Below the pieces are notes generated by a model. The model made no database searches, had not been told where the DNA came from, and worked only from the letters and a program-made list of their open reading frames with translations. This document shows positions 1 through 7,894 of a stretch of 32,000 nt of DNA, in pieces. A program made the position numbers and the translations under genes. This stretch comes from Nanobdella aerobiophila (GTDB lineage Archaea; Nanobdellota; Nanobdellia; Nanobdellales; Nanobdellaceae), in NCBI RefSeq assembly GCF_023169545.1, contig NZ_AP019769.1, positions 120,001 to 152,000 of the forward strand, in the 5' to 3' direction. How positions within the stretch are numbered: the stretch's first letter is position 1; each line of letters opens with the position of its first letter.

Positions 1-26
1 ATATTACTAAAATATATATCTATATT

Positions 27-1640
27 ATGAGATCTATATCACCTATTATAGCTACTATATTAATTATTGTTATTACTGTAGCTATTGCAGGATTAACTTA
101 TGCATTCTTATCCGGATTATTTTCTGGATTAACTTCTTCTACTAGTAATCAGGTAAGTAGACAATCACAATATATATCTTTCTCTATTACTAATTCTTAT
201 TGTTCAAATAATATATTATATATATCTATATATAATAATGGTAATATACCAATAATAATAAATAATAATACTGTACTAACTATTAATAATGGAAATAATA
301 ATATTGTTAGTATAAATGGTAATAATATTATATGTAATAATAACAATACTATATTACAAGGTAGTACAGATACATGTTATATAAATAATTCTTTATGTAT
401 ATATAATCCTTCAAATAATAATAATCCACAAATTACCTTAGATTATCAAGGAGTGGGAAATAATAATAATCTAGGTAATGGATATCTTGTAGGATACTTT
501 ACTAACCCTTTACCTATAATAATATACAATACTCAAAATATAAGTACTCCAACACCTTTCCAACAAGATATTGCTATATGTAATGGTAATCCTAATGTAG
601 GTAATAATTTTGCTTATGTAGATAATGTTACTTTATATAATGAAATAAATTCTAATGGATCCAATATATTATTTTATTCTAATAACGGATTATTATATTC
701 ATGGTATGAAGGTCAAGAAAATATAAGTACTGCTTCTTGTGATGTCTGGTGGGCAAATTTACCAAATGGAATTCCTGCAAATAATAATATAACTATTTAT
801 ATGGAAATAAATAATAATACAAATTATTATTCTCAATATTACCCTTACACAGGTATTTCTGCATATTGGTATTGTTATTCGGAAGGATATACAAATATGA
901 GTACATGTCCAAACTATGGATTATATGATAATGGACAATATGTATTTAATTTTTATGACAATTTTGCAGGAACGAGCTTAAACGTAAATAAATGGATAGA
1001 TGGTAACAGTATTCCATCAGGTGCTTCGGGTTATATTTCAGTAGATAATGGAATAACACTTGAATATTCAGGTTCTACATCAGGCGCAGGTGGGATTTGG
1101 ATTTATACAAAATCAACCTATACGCAATCAAATCCTTTTATATGGGAAACTCTTGAGAATATGTATGGTTCTAATAGTAGCGATATAAGATTAAGGCAGT
1201 ATATTCGGTTAAGTAGTGCAAATACCTCCTCAGATATAGCAGATAAGGAGGCATATTCTTGGCTTCATTTAGCTGGTGGTATTGATTATGGATATTTCTC
1301 TAATTCAAATTATGTGAACCAGGCACCTGTAAATTTTCAAACTTCAACCACAAATTTAGGTTTTGAATCATTTGTGGTTCCTGCTGCTAGTTCTTTATAT
1401 GATTATACATTTATAGATGAACAGATTCTAAACAGCTCAGGATTTTATTGGTATCAGCTTTCTCCATCTGGAGTAGTATTAAATTCAAATTCATATACTG
1501 GTAGCAATAACAATACTTTTGTTCTGCTTATACAAGCTTCTCAAGACCCCTACACGGGAACAACACAAGTTAATATAGGCTGGACTCTTGTCCGTGCATA
1601 TCCACCAAATGGAGTTATGCCTGAAATTTTTATACAATAA
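27..1640 (+). CDS. Secreted/surface protein with an archaeal class III (type IV prepilin-like) signal peptide, an Asn-rich linker, a DUF2341-like region and a C-terminal ConA-like lectin/LamG-like region
   Basis: The N-terminus 'MRS/ISPIIATILIIVITVAIAGLTYAFL' fits the archaeal prepilin consensus (basic residue, small residue, then a hydrophobic helix). 'NILFYSNNGLLYSWYEGQ..CDVWWANLPNGIPANNNITIYM' resembles DUF2341. 'FYDNFAGTSLNVNKWIDG...GYISVDNGITLEY' resembles the opening of ConA-like lectin/glucanase folds. The protein has very few charged residues. Confidence 0.7.
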   Translation: MRSISPIIATILIIVITVAIAGLTYAFLSGLFSGLTSSTSNQVSRQSQYISFSITNSYCSNNILYISIYNNGNIPIIINNNTVLTINNGNNNIVSINGNNIICNNNNTILQGSTDTCYINNSLCIYNPSNNNNPQITLDYQGVGNNNNLGNGYLVGYFTNPLPIIIYNTQNISTPTPFQQDIAICNGNPNVGNNFAYVDNVTLYNEINSNGSNILFYSNNGLLYSWYEGQENISTASCDVWWANLPNGIPANNNITIYMEINNNTNYYSQYYPYTGISAYWYCYSEGYTNMSTCPNYGLYDNGQYVFNFYDNFAGTSLNVNKWIDGNSIPSGASGYISVDNGITLEYSGSTSGAGGIWIYTKSTYTQSNPFIWETLENMYGSNSSDIRLRQYIRLSSANTSSDIADKEAYSWLHLAGGIDYGYFSNSNYVNQAPVNFQTSTTNLGFESFVVPAASSLYDYTFIDEQILNSSGFYWYQLSPSGVVLNSNSYTGSNNNTFVLLIQASQDPYTGTTQVNIGWTLVRAYPPNGVMPEIFIQ

Positions 1641-1681
1641 TTTTTGATAAAATATAAAAGATTATATGTTGAAAAAATTTT

Positions 1682-2443
1682 ATGTATAATTATTTATTAA
1701 GAATAAAGTATAATGGAGAGAATTATCATGGTATTGCATATCAAAAAGAGTTTAGAACAATATCTGGAGAAATAATAAAAAATCTTAAAATAAATGAATT
1801 TAAGTTATCTATATTATCAAGGACAGATAAGGGTGTAAGTGCAGAAGAGAATTATATATCAATATCTACTAATACTGAAATAAAATCTTTTAATATAAAT
1901 TTAGATAATATAAAAATATTAAATGCATATAAATTGACAGATTTCATAAATATTAGAAAATTTTCTTTGGGAAAATTATATCAATATAATTTACCAAAAG
2001 GATTGTTTAACAAGATATATAAACCAAAGTATTTAACTAACTTAGAAAAGATATCAATTGATTCTAATCAAAATGATTTTGATATAAATAAATATATGGA
2101 AGGATCAAAATATTTTATAGGTAATAAAGATTTTCATAATTTTGCAAAAGGAAAAATAGAAAATCCATATTGTATTATATATAAATTTAATATAGAAGAT
2201 TCGGATAATTATTATATAAATTATGTGGAAGGAAATAGATTTTTGTATGAAATGATAAGGAGAATAATTACATTTTTAATATCTGTGGGTTATAATTTAT
2301 TTCCTTTAGAATTAATTGATAAAGTATTTACGTATAATCTAGATCCAAAACCATTTCCTGCAGATCCAAAATTCTTAATATTAAAAAAAGTATATCTAAA
2401 CTGGAGAGAATTATATAAATATATAGAGGATATAATAATATAG
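1682..2443 (+). CDS. truA: tRNA pseudouridine synthase A (TruA/Pus1 family)
   Basis: The N-terminus 'LLRIKYNGENYHGIAYQ' and the catalytic-Asp motif 'SRTDKGVSA' (canonical RTDKGVHA) match the family. The length of about 250 aa is typical of archaeal TruA. Confidence 0.85.
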   Translation: MYNYLLRIKYNGENYHGIAYQKEFRTISGEIIKNLKINEFKLSILSRTDKGVSAEENYISISTNTEIKSFNINLDNIKILNAYKLTDFINIRKFSLGKLYQYNLPKGLFNKIYKPKYLTNLEKISIDSNQNDFDINKYMEGSKYFIGNKDFHNFAKGKIENPYCIIYKFNIEDSDNYYINYVEGNRFLYEMIRRIITFLISVGYNLFPLELIDKVFTYNLDPKPFPADPKFLILKKVYLNWRELYKYIEDIII

Positions 2444-2473
2444 ATATTTTAATTTTTTCATAATATTATATCT

Positions 2474-2797
2474 ATGATATTAGTTATATCTTTTGTTCCA
2501 TCAGGAAAAGGTAAAGAAATTTCTAGAAAAATATTAGAAAAAAGATTGGCATTAAATATATCTATAAAGAGCGTAAGTACGATAAAAATTGAGGAAGAAA
2601 ATATTAAGGAAGAAGAACAAGATCTATTAATAATAAGTACAAGAAAAGAATTATTTGATATATTAAAAGATTTTATGAAAAGTATGAATATATGTAAAGT
2701 ACCAGAAATAATTGAAATAAAAGTAGATGATGTTAATAAAGAATATCTAGATATTCTAGAGCTTGAAACTTCTATTAAAAAAGTTAAAAATGCTTGA
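2474..2797 (+). CDS. cutA: CutA1-like small protein (divergent)
   Basis: It is collinear with archaeal CutA: 'CKVPEIIEIKVDDVNKEYLDIL' against the remembered Pyrococcus 'HPYDVPAIIRIDVDDVNEDYLKWL'. The length is similar at about 105 aa. The conserved aromatic 'YWWEG' and 'HPY' positions are not retained. Confidence 0.7.
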   Translation: MILVISFVPSGKGKEISRKILEKRLALNISIKSVSTIKIEEENIKEEEQDLLIISTRKELFDILKDFMKSMNICKVPEIIEIKVDDVNKEYLDILELETSIKKVKNA

Positions 2798-3671
2798 AGA
2801 TCTAAAAAAAGCAGCAAGTATAGCGAAGAAGATTAGAAATGATGCAGAAAAATTATTAAAACCCGGAGAAAGTTTATATAATATAGCAGAAACTATAGAA
2901 ACAAAAATAATAGATTTGGGAGGTTTTCCTGGTTTTCCTGTCAATATATCAATAAATAATATAGCAGCACATTATACCCCAAAAGTTAATGATGATAAGA
3001 AGATAAAAGATGGAGATGTAGTAAAATTTGATTATGGTGTGCATGTGAATGGATATATAATCGATACGGCTTTTACTGTAGAGATAAATGATAATAAATA
3101 TAAAGATTTAATAGATGCTAGTAAAGAAGCTTTGGATAATGTACGAAAAATAATAAAAAAGGATCTAGAAGTATCTAAAATTGGAGAGATAATAGATAAT
3201 ACAATAAAATCTAAAGGATTTAAACCGATATATAATTTGTCAGGCCATAGAATTGAAAGATACATTTTACACGCAGGAGTCTCGATACCTAATTATAATA
3301 ATAATTCTAAAATAAGATTAAGTGAAGGAACATATGCTGTAGAGCCTTTTGCTACAAATGGGGCAGGATTTGCAGAGGATTACACATTATCTGGAATATA
3401 CTCTATAATATCTGATAAACCCATAAGAGATCCAAATATTAGAAGATTTTTTATGGAACTATATAAAGATTATAATACTATTCCTTTTGCTTATAGATGG
3501 TTATATAATAAATATAATGGGAAAATTAATCTAAATATAGCTATAGAATATTTAAAGAAGAATGGAAATCTTTATGAGTACCCAGTTCTAATAGAACAGG
3601 GAGATGGGATCGTAACTCAATTTGAAACAACATTTTATATAAATAATGAAATTTTTGATATGATGAGTTAA
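2790..3671 (+). CDS. map: Methionine aminopeptidase, type 2 (archaeal MetAP)
   Basis: Motifs 'NNIAAHYTP', 'VKFDYGVHVNGYIIDTAFT' and 'SGHRIERYILHAG' match the family. The N-terminus 'MLEDLKKAASIAKKIRN' aligns with archaeal MetAP starts, so ATG 2790 is preferred over the track start at 2763. The ATG overlaps the cutA-like stop by 8 nt (ATGCTTGA). Confidence 0.92.
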   Translation: MLEDLKKAASIAKKIRNDAEKLLKPGESLYNIAETIETKIIDLGGFPGFPVNISINNIAAHYTPKVNDDKKIKDGDVVKFDYGVHVNGYIIDTAFTVEINDNKYKDLIDASKEALDNVRKIIKKDLEVSKIGEIIDNTIKSKGFKPIYNLSGHRIERYILHAGVSIPNYNNNSKIRLSEGTYAVEPFATNGAGFAEDYTLSGIYSIISDKPIRDPNIRRFFMELYKDYNTIPFAYRWLYNKYNGKINLNIAIEYLKKNGNLYEYPVLIEQGDGIVTQFETTFYINNEIFDMMS

Positions 3672-3735
3672 AATTATAGGGACATGAATTTAAGATCATG
3701 TTAAATTTCTTTCATTTTTTGTTATAACCAAAAGA

Positions 3736-3746
3736 TTTTTATATAT
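3736..3746 (+). promoter_or_regulatory. Candidate TATA box for the histone gene (leaderless-type spacing)
   Basis: 'tttttatatat', preceded by 'aaaga', is centred about 25 nt upstream of ATG 3766. The evidence is weak because the whole genome is AT-rich. Confidence 0.3.
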
Positions 3747-3765
3747 CCTCGAAGATTATAATTAT

Positions 3766-3993
3766 ATGGCAAAGAGAACAACACCAATTCCAGTAGCACC
3801 ATTGTATAGAGTTCTAAGAAAGTCAGGAGCATCCAGAATAGGTCAAGATGCAAAGTTGGCCATGGTAGAAGCAGTACTACAGGTAGCTGAAGGTATAGCA
3901 GAAAGGGCAGTAGAACTATCAAAACACGCAGGAAGGAAGACAATACACGAAGATGATATAAGATTGGCAATAAGAGAATTAAGAGGAATGTAA
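3766..3993 (+). CDS. Archaeal histone (HMf family histone fold)
   Basis: 'PIPVAPLYRVLRKSGASRIGQDAKLAMVEAVLQVAEGIAERAVELSKHAGRKTIHEDDIRLAI' is collinear with HMfA/B ('LPIAPIGRIIK..', 'ARHAGRKTIKAEDIELA'). It has a short basic N-terminal extension 'MAKRTT'. The gene is visibly more GC-rich than its surroundings. Confidence 0.93.
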   Translation: MAKRTTPIPVAPLYRVLRKSGASRIGQDAKLAMVEAVLQVAEGIAERAVELSKHAGRKTIHEDDIRLAIRELRGM

Positions 3994-4080
3994 AAAAGGC
4001 ATTTTAATCAATTTATTTAATTTTTAATGATTTTATATCTTTTTCATTAAATTTTAAAAATTATTATATATATATTTATA

Positions 4081-4698
4081 ATGGTGTTTGTTGAGAGGAA
4101 ACCTATTGACTTTAAAAAAGAGAGACCAACATTGCTAGAAATGAAAGGAATATCCGCAAAGACTGTAGAAGAGCATTTGAAGATATATGAAGGTTATGTG
4201 AAGAAATTTAATGAGATTAGTCAGAAATTAGAGTCTTTGACAGAAGAGGATTATAGCTCTGCAAACGTAACATACTCTACATTGAGAGAATTAAAAGTGG
4301 AATGGACAAGAGCATTTGGTGGTATGATAAATCATGAGATATACTTTGGTCATCTAGGTGGAAATGGTGGAAAACCAGGATCAGAATTAGGTTCACAGAT
4401 AGATAAAGATTTTGGATCATTCGAAAAATTAGTAAAAGAAATAAAATCTACAGCGATGGCAGCGAGGGGATGGGCTTGGTTATTATGGTCTGAAGATTTG
4501 AATAGATTGGTAGTAAGTATATCTGATGAACAAAATACATTTGTAGTACAAAATTCAAAATTATTATTAGGATTAGATGTATTTGAACATGCATATTACT
4601 TAGATTACGGATCTAATAGAAAAGGATATGTAGATATATTTTTCGATAATGTAGACTGGCCGGTTGTTGAAAGGAAATTTAGCAAGCTAAGATTATAA
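4081..4698 (+). CDS. sod: Fe/Mn-family superoxide dismutase (divergent N-terminal domain)
   Basis: The C-terminal signature 'DVFEHAYYLDY' carries the Asp and His metal ligands, and 'GGMINHEIYFGHL' carries the His ligand. The N-terminal 'EEHLKIYEGYV' replaces the canonical 'H-x-x-K-H-H-x-x-Y'. Confidence 0.85.
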   Translation: MVFVERKPIDFKKERPTLLEMKGISAKTVEEHLKIYEGYVKKFNEISQKLESLTEEDYSSANVTYSTLRELKVEWTRAFGGMINHEIYFGHLGGNGGKPGSELGSQIDKDFGSFEKLVKEIKSTAMAARGWAWLLWSEDLNRLVVSISDEQNTFVVQNSKLLLGLDVFEHAYYLDYGSNRKGYVDIFFDNVDWPVVERKFSKLRL

Positions 4699-4704
4699 TT
4701 TTTT

Positions 4705-5079
4705 ATGAAAAATATTTTTTCTTCTAAGAACACTATTATAAATAAAGAAGATGAAGGTAAGTATATAATCTATATAAAAAGTTTTGATTGTACTGGAGAT
4801 GAAGAATCAGAAAGTAAAAAAGATCTTTATAGTGGTTTAGAAAGATTATTAAATGGCATAAGAGAAGAAAATTTTTCAATTAGAGTTAATAAATTCGAAA
4901 ATGAAAGATACTCTCCTTTATTAGATATATTTATAGAAAGAAAAGGGGGTAATTATTCTATAAATCTAATATCCTCCAAAATATTTAAAAAGCCATTAAG
5001 TTATATATCCTTCGAGCCGGAAATATTAAAAAATATATATGGGAATATATATAAGTCTATTTGTGAAAATCCTTATTAA
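4705..5079 (+). CDS. Hypothetical protein
   Basis: This is a 124-codon ORF in tight tandem with sod (6-nt gap). No recognisable motif was found. Confidence 0.5.
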   Translation: MKNIFSSKNTIINKEDEGKYIIYIKSFDCTGDEESESKKDLYSGLERLLNGIREENFSIRVNKFENERYSPLLDIFIERKGGNYSINLISSKIFKKPLSYISFEPEILKNIYGNIYKSICENPY

Positions 5080-5100
5080 ATTCTTCTATATATAATCTTT

Positions 5101-5751
5101 ATGAAAAAGAAAAAACATTCTTTAGATTATTCTTTATGTGAACCTTTTAAATCATTTTATGGTCGTGATCTTGATCAAATTTTAAAGGATTCTAAATACT
5201 ATGGTGAGGCAAATGTAATAGACTTAGATAGGGAAAATTTAATAATTTGTAATAATTATATGCAATGCTATAAATTAGATCATAATGGAGAAATGGAAGA
5301 ATATGGAGTTAGTGGGCGGTATGATATCAGAGTAAATATAGATTCTTTATTTAAATACGAGGATACTTTTATTGTAGTAGAGAAAAAATCATATTCTATA
5401 TTAAAGAACTATAATAAATTCTATTTATCTAATATACAATTATTAAGAGAGTTATTATCTATAGCTTTATTTACATCCATGAATGTTAAAGGTGTTTTAC
5501 ATCTAGAAGATGGAGCCAATGGGATCTTTTCTTTATCTTTTCTATATTTTGATCATAAAATATATAATATAAGTCTAAATCCTGATATTAATTCTTCATA
5601 TATAAAAATTAAAGATGAAGAAGCCATAACATTGTTTGGTAAAATCCTAAAGAATACTAGGAGAAATTTAGAAAATGGTGTATTAATAAAATATTTAGAC
5701 GAAAAGATAGTATTTAATAATTATTCATATTTAAAAAATAGTATTATATGA
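5101..5751 (+). CDS. Hypothetical protein, possibly a PD-(D/E)xK nuclease-like fold
   Basis: This is a 216-codon ORF. 'GRYDIRVNIDSLFKYEDTFIVVEKKSY' has D...E-x-K spacing reminiscent of the restriction-endonuclease-like core, and it is followed by 'NIQLLRELL'. The family assignment is speculative. Confidence 0.5.
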   Translation: MKKKKHSLDYSLCEPFKSFYGRDLDQILKDSKYYGEANVIDLDRENLIICNNYMQCYKLDHNGEMEEYGVSGRYDIRVNIDSLFKYEDTFIVVEKKSYSILKNYNKFYLSNIQLLRELLSIALFTSMNVKGVLHLEDGANGIFSLSFLYFDHKIYNISLNPDINSSYIKIKDEEAITLFGKILKNTRRNLENGVLIKYLDEKIVFNNYSYLKNSII

Positions 5752-5755
5752 TATA

Positions 5756-6388
5756 CTATTTTTTCTTATAATATTCGTATACCTTTCCAACTAGATTTTC
5801 TCCAGGTTTTAGTACTATATTATTATCTTTTCCCCATTTTGCTGGGCATACCTCTCCTGGATGCGATCTTACATATTTAAATGCTCTTATTTTCCTTAAT
5901 AATTCATCAGCATCTCTACCTACATCATTTGAATTTACTTCTATACCTACAATTTTTCCATCAGGATCTATAATTATTGTAGCTCTATATGATACTCCAG
6001 ATGAGTATTCATAAACATTTAACATCTTAGCAATATTACCATTATGATCTTCACCCATTGGATATTTTATGTTCTCTAATAATTTTTCTGTTGCATGCCA
6101 CGCTAAGTGTGTATATACTGTATCTGTGGACATTGATATAACCTCTGCATTTTCTTTCTTTATTTCTTCATATTTATTGGCTAAATCTTCTAGTTCTGTC
6201 GGGCAAACGAATGTAAAGTCTGCCGGATAGTAAAATAAAACTAAAAATTTTCCTTTGTTAAGTATTTCTTTGTATATATCTATGTTTTTAAACTTTTTAT
6301 CTACTGGATCATATACATTTATTTTTAGCTCTGGTATTTTATCTCCTATCCCTATTATTTTTATTTGTTGTTCAAAATTCGCTTCCAT
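5756..6388 (-). CDS. Typical 2-Cys peroxiredoxin (AhpC/Prx1 subfamily)
   Basis: The peroxidatic motif is 'YYPADFTFVCPTE' and the resolving-Cys motif is 'GEVCPAKW' near the C-terminus. Confidence 0.92.
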   Translation of the reverse strand: MEANFEQQIKIIGIGDKIPELKINVYDPVDKKFKNIDIYKEILNKGKFLVLFYYPADFTFVCPTELEDLANKYEEIKKENAEVISMSTDTVYTHLAWHATEKLLENIKYPMGEDHNGNIAKMLNVYEYSSGVSYRATIIIDPDGKIVGIEVNSNDVGRDADELLRKIRAFKYVRSHPGEVCPAKWGKDNNIVLKPGENLVGKVYEYYKKK

Positions 6389-6456
6389 TTTAAATATATA
6401 TAATTAAATTTAATAAATATAATTTTGGTACGGAGTTCGTTCTATTTATTATAAAA

Positions 6457-6888
6457 TTAGTATACTTTTTCTATATTTATAGCAGGCCAAATCTCTTTTA
6501 TATCTTCAATCTTTTTTATCTCTTTTATATAATTTTCTAGTTCTTTTTTATCTCTGTAAATATATTCTATAATTATATCATGATCTCCGTAAGTTAGATA
6601 TATACCTTTTATATTATCATCCTTTGGTATCTCATCTATAATATTTATTATCTTATTTTTTTCTACATTTAATCCAATCCAAGAAACATTATATCCTAGT
6701 ATACTGTAGTCTAGAATTACACAAAAACCTTTTATTATATTATTTTTTTTTAATTTATTTATTCTCTTCCTTATAGCACCTTCAGATAATCCTATTCTTC
6801 TGGAAATTTCCATATTTGAAATTCTTGAATTTTTTTCTAATAATTTTAATATTTTTATATCTATATCATCAATTTTTTGTTTTTTCAT
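6457..6888 (-). CDS. Lrp/AsnC family transcriptional regulator
   Basis: The N-terminal HTH 'IDDIDIKILKLLEKNSRISNMEISRRIGLSEGAIRKRINKLKKNNIIKGF' is followed by a C-terminal RAM-like domain. The length is about 143 aa. Confidence 0.88.
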   Translation of the reverse strand: MKKQKIDDIDIKILKLLEKNSRISNMEISRRIGLSEGAIRKRINKLKKNNIIKGFCVILDYSILGYNVSWIGLNVEKNKIINIIDEIPKDDNIKGIYLTYGDHDIIIEYIYRDKKELENYIKEIKKIEDIKEIWPAINIEKVY

Positions 6889-6931
6889 AATAAGAAATAT
6901 ATTAGAAATTTTTTAAAAATTTACAATTTTC

Positions 6932-6956
6932 GAACTATAAATTTAAAAAATAGTTC
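6932..6956. promoter_or_regulatory. Inverted repeat GAACTAT-N11-ATAGTTC in the divergent lrp/bcp intergenic region (candidate operator)
   Basis: Perfect 7-bp arms were read directly from the sequence. The repeat lies 15-40 nt upstream of the bcp ATG (6971) and 44-68 nt upstream of the lrp start (6888). Confidence 0.3.
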
Positions 6957-6970
6957 TATATTATATAGTT

Positions 6971-7414
6971 ATGGATAAGGTAAAAGATTTTGAGGCTGAC
7001 ACAACAAAAGGTAAAATGAAATTATCAGATATATTAAAGCAAAGAGATTTTGTGGTAGTATATTTCTATCCAAAGGCCTTTACTTCTGGCTGTACACAAG
7101 AATTAAAAAGATTTGTAGAGTTATATGAAGAATTTAAGAAATTAAATACAGAAATATTGGGAGTAAGTAATGACAGTCTTGATACTCAGAAAAAATTTGC
7201 AGAAAAATATGGGGCGGAATTTCCATTAGTAGCAGATAAAGAATTAAAAATAATAAATACGCTAGGTGCAAAGAGTGAGAGGGGCCAGGGTGCTTCAAGG
7301 ATAACATATATAGTAAATAAAAATATGGAAATAATAGAGACATTAAAATCTTTACCAAATGCAAAGGAACATGCAGATAAGTCTCTAGAAATTATAAAAA
7401 GCCACAAAAAGTAG
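6971..7414 (+). CDS. bcp: Bcp-type peroxiredoxin (thiol peroxidase, apparently 1-Cys)
   Basis: Motifs 'VVVYFYPKAFTSGCTQE', 'GVSNDSLDTQKKFAEKY' and 'FPLVADK' match the family. No second Cys lies 5 residues after the peroxidatic Cys. Confidence 0.88.
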   Translation: MDKVKDFEADTTKGKMKLSDILKQRDFVVVYFYPKAFTSGCTQELKRFVELYEEFKKLNTEILGVSNDSLDTQKKFAEKYGAEFPLVADKELKIINTLGAKSERGQGASRITYIVNKNMEIIETLKSLPNAKEHADKSLEIIKSHKK

Positions 7415-7423
7415 TTTTTTATT

Positions 7424-7894
7424 ATGATTAGTATTTTAGGATATGATCTTTATGCAGGATATATTATAAGAGACAAGAAAATATTAGGATATTCATTAAA
7501 TTATAATCAAGATTCTTTAATTAAGACATTAAAGAATATAGCAAGATACCATAATTTAGATGGAGATATAATATTCGATGAAAATTTGGATAGATTTTTT
7601 CAAAATAAAATAAATGAGTATTTTAATGGTAAAAAGATTTTATTTGATCTAGAAATTTATAAAAATAATATTGTTTATACTAGATTATTGGACTTAAATA
7701 GAATGATTACATATAAAGATCTATCTACGCAATTAAATATAGATATTCATTCTCTAATTTATTCACTAAAAAATAATCCATTTATAATATTAATTCCATG
7801 TCATTTGGTTATTGGTAAAAAAGATATAGGAGATTACACGCCTCTAGGTAAGAAATTCAAGTTGGAACTATTAAAAAAGTTGAATTTAATTTGA
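7424..7894 (+). CDS. ogt: Methylated-DNA--protein-cysteine methyltransferase-like protein (Ogt/MGMT family, divergent)
   Basis: 'LKNNPFIILIPCHLVIGKKDIGDY...GKKFKLELLKK' is collinear with archaeal Ogt 'LKRNPLPLIIPCHRVV..GGY..KKKFILE'. The active-site P-C-H is present, but the following Arg is Leu. Confidence 0.7.
   Translation: MISILGYDLYAGYIIRDKKILGYSLNYNQDSLIKTLKNIARYHNLDGDIIFDENLDRFFQNKINEYFNGKKILFDLEIYKNNIVYTRLLDLNRMITYKDLSTQLNIDIHSLIYSLKNNPFIILIPCHLVIGKKDIGDYTPLGKKFKLELLKKLNLI

Noticed and set aside
240-480. Asn-rich 'aataataat' tracts in the first gene (and similar tracts elsewhere) as tandem DNA repeats
   Set aside because: They are imperfect, in frame and coding (poly-Asn linkers). 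This is consistent with AT-driven low-complexity protein sequence rather than a structured repeat element.
2763-2789. Upstream starts proposed by the ORF track: 2763 for MetAP, TTG 15507 for the S-layer gene, TTG 18679 for rrp42 and 23171 for the FNR-like gene
   Set aside because: Alignment with remembered family N-termini and the presence of nearby ATG codons favour the shorter forms. The longer forms add non-homologous residues.
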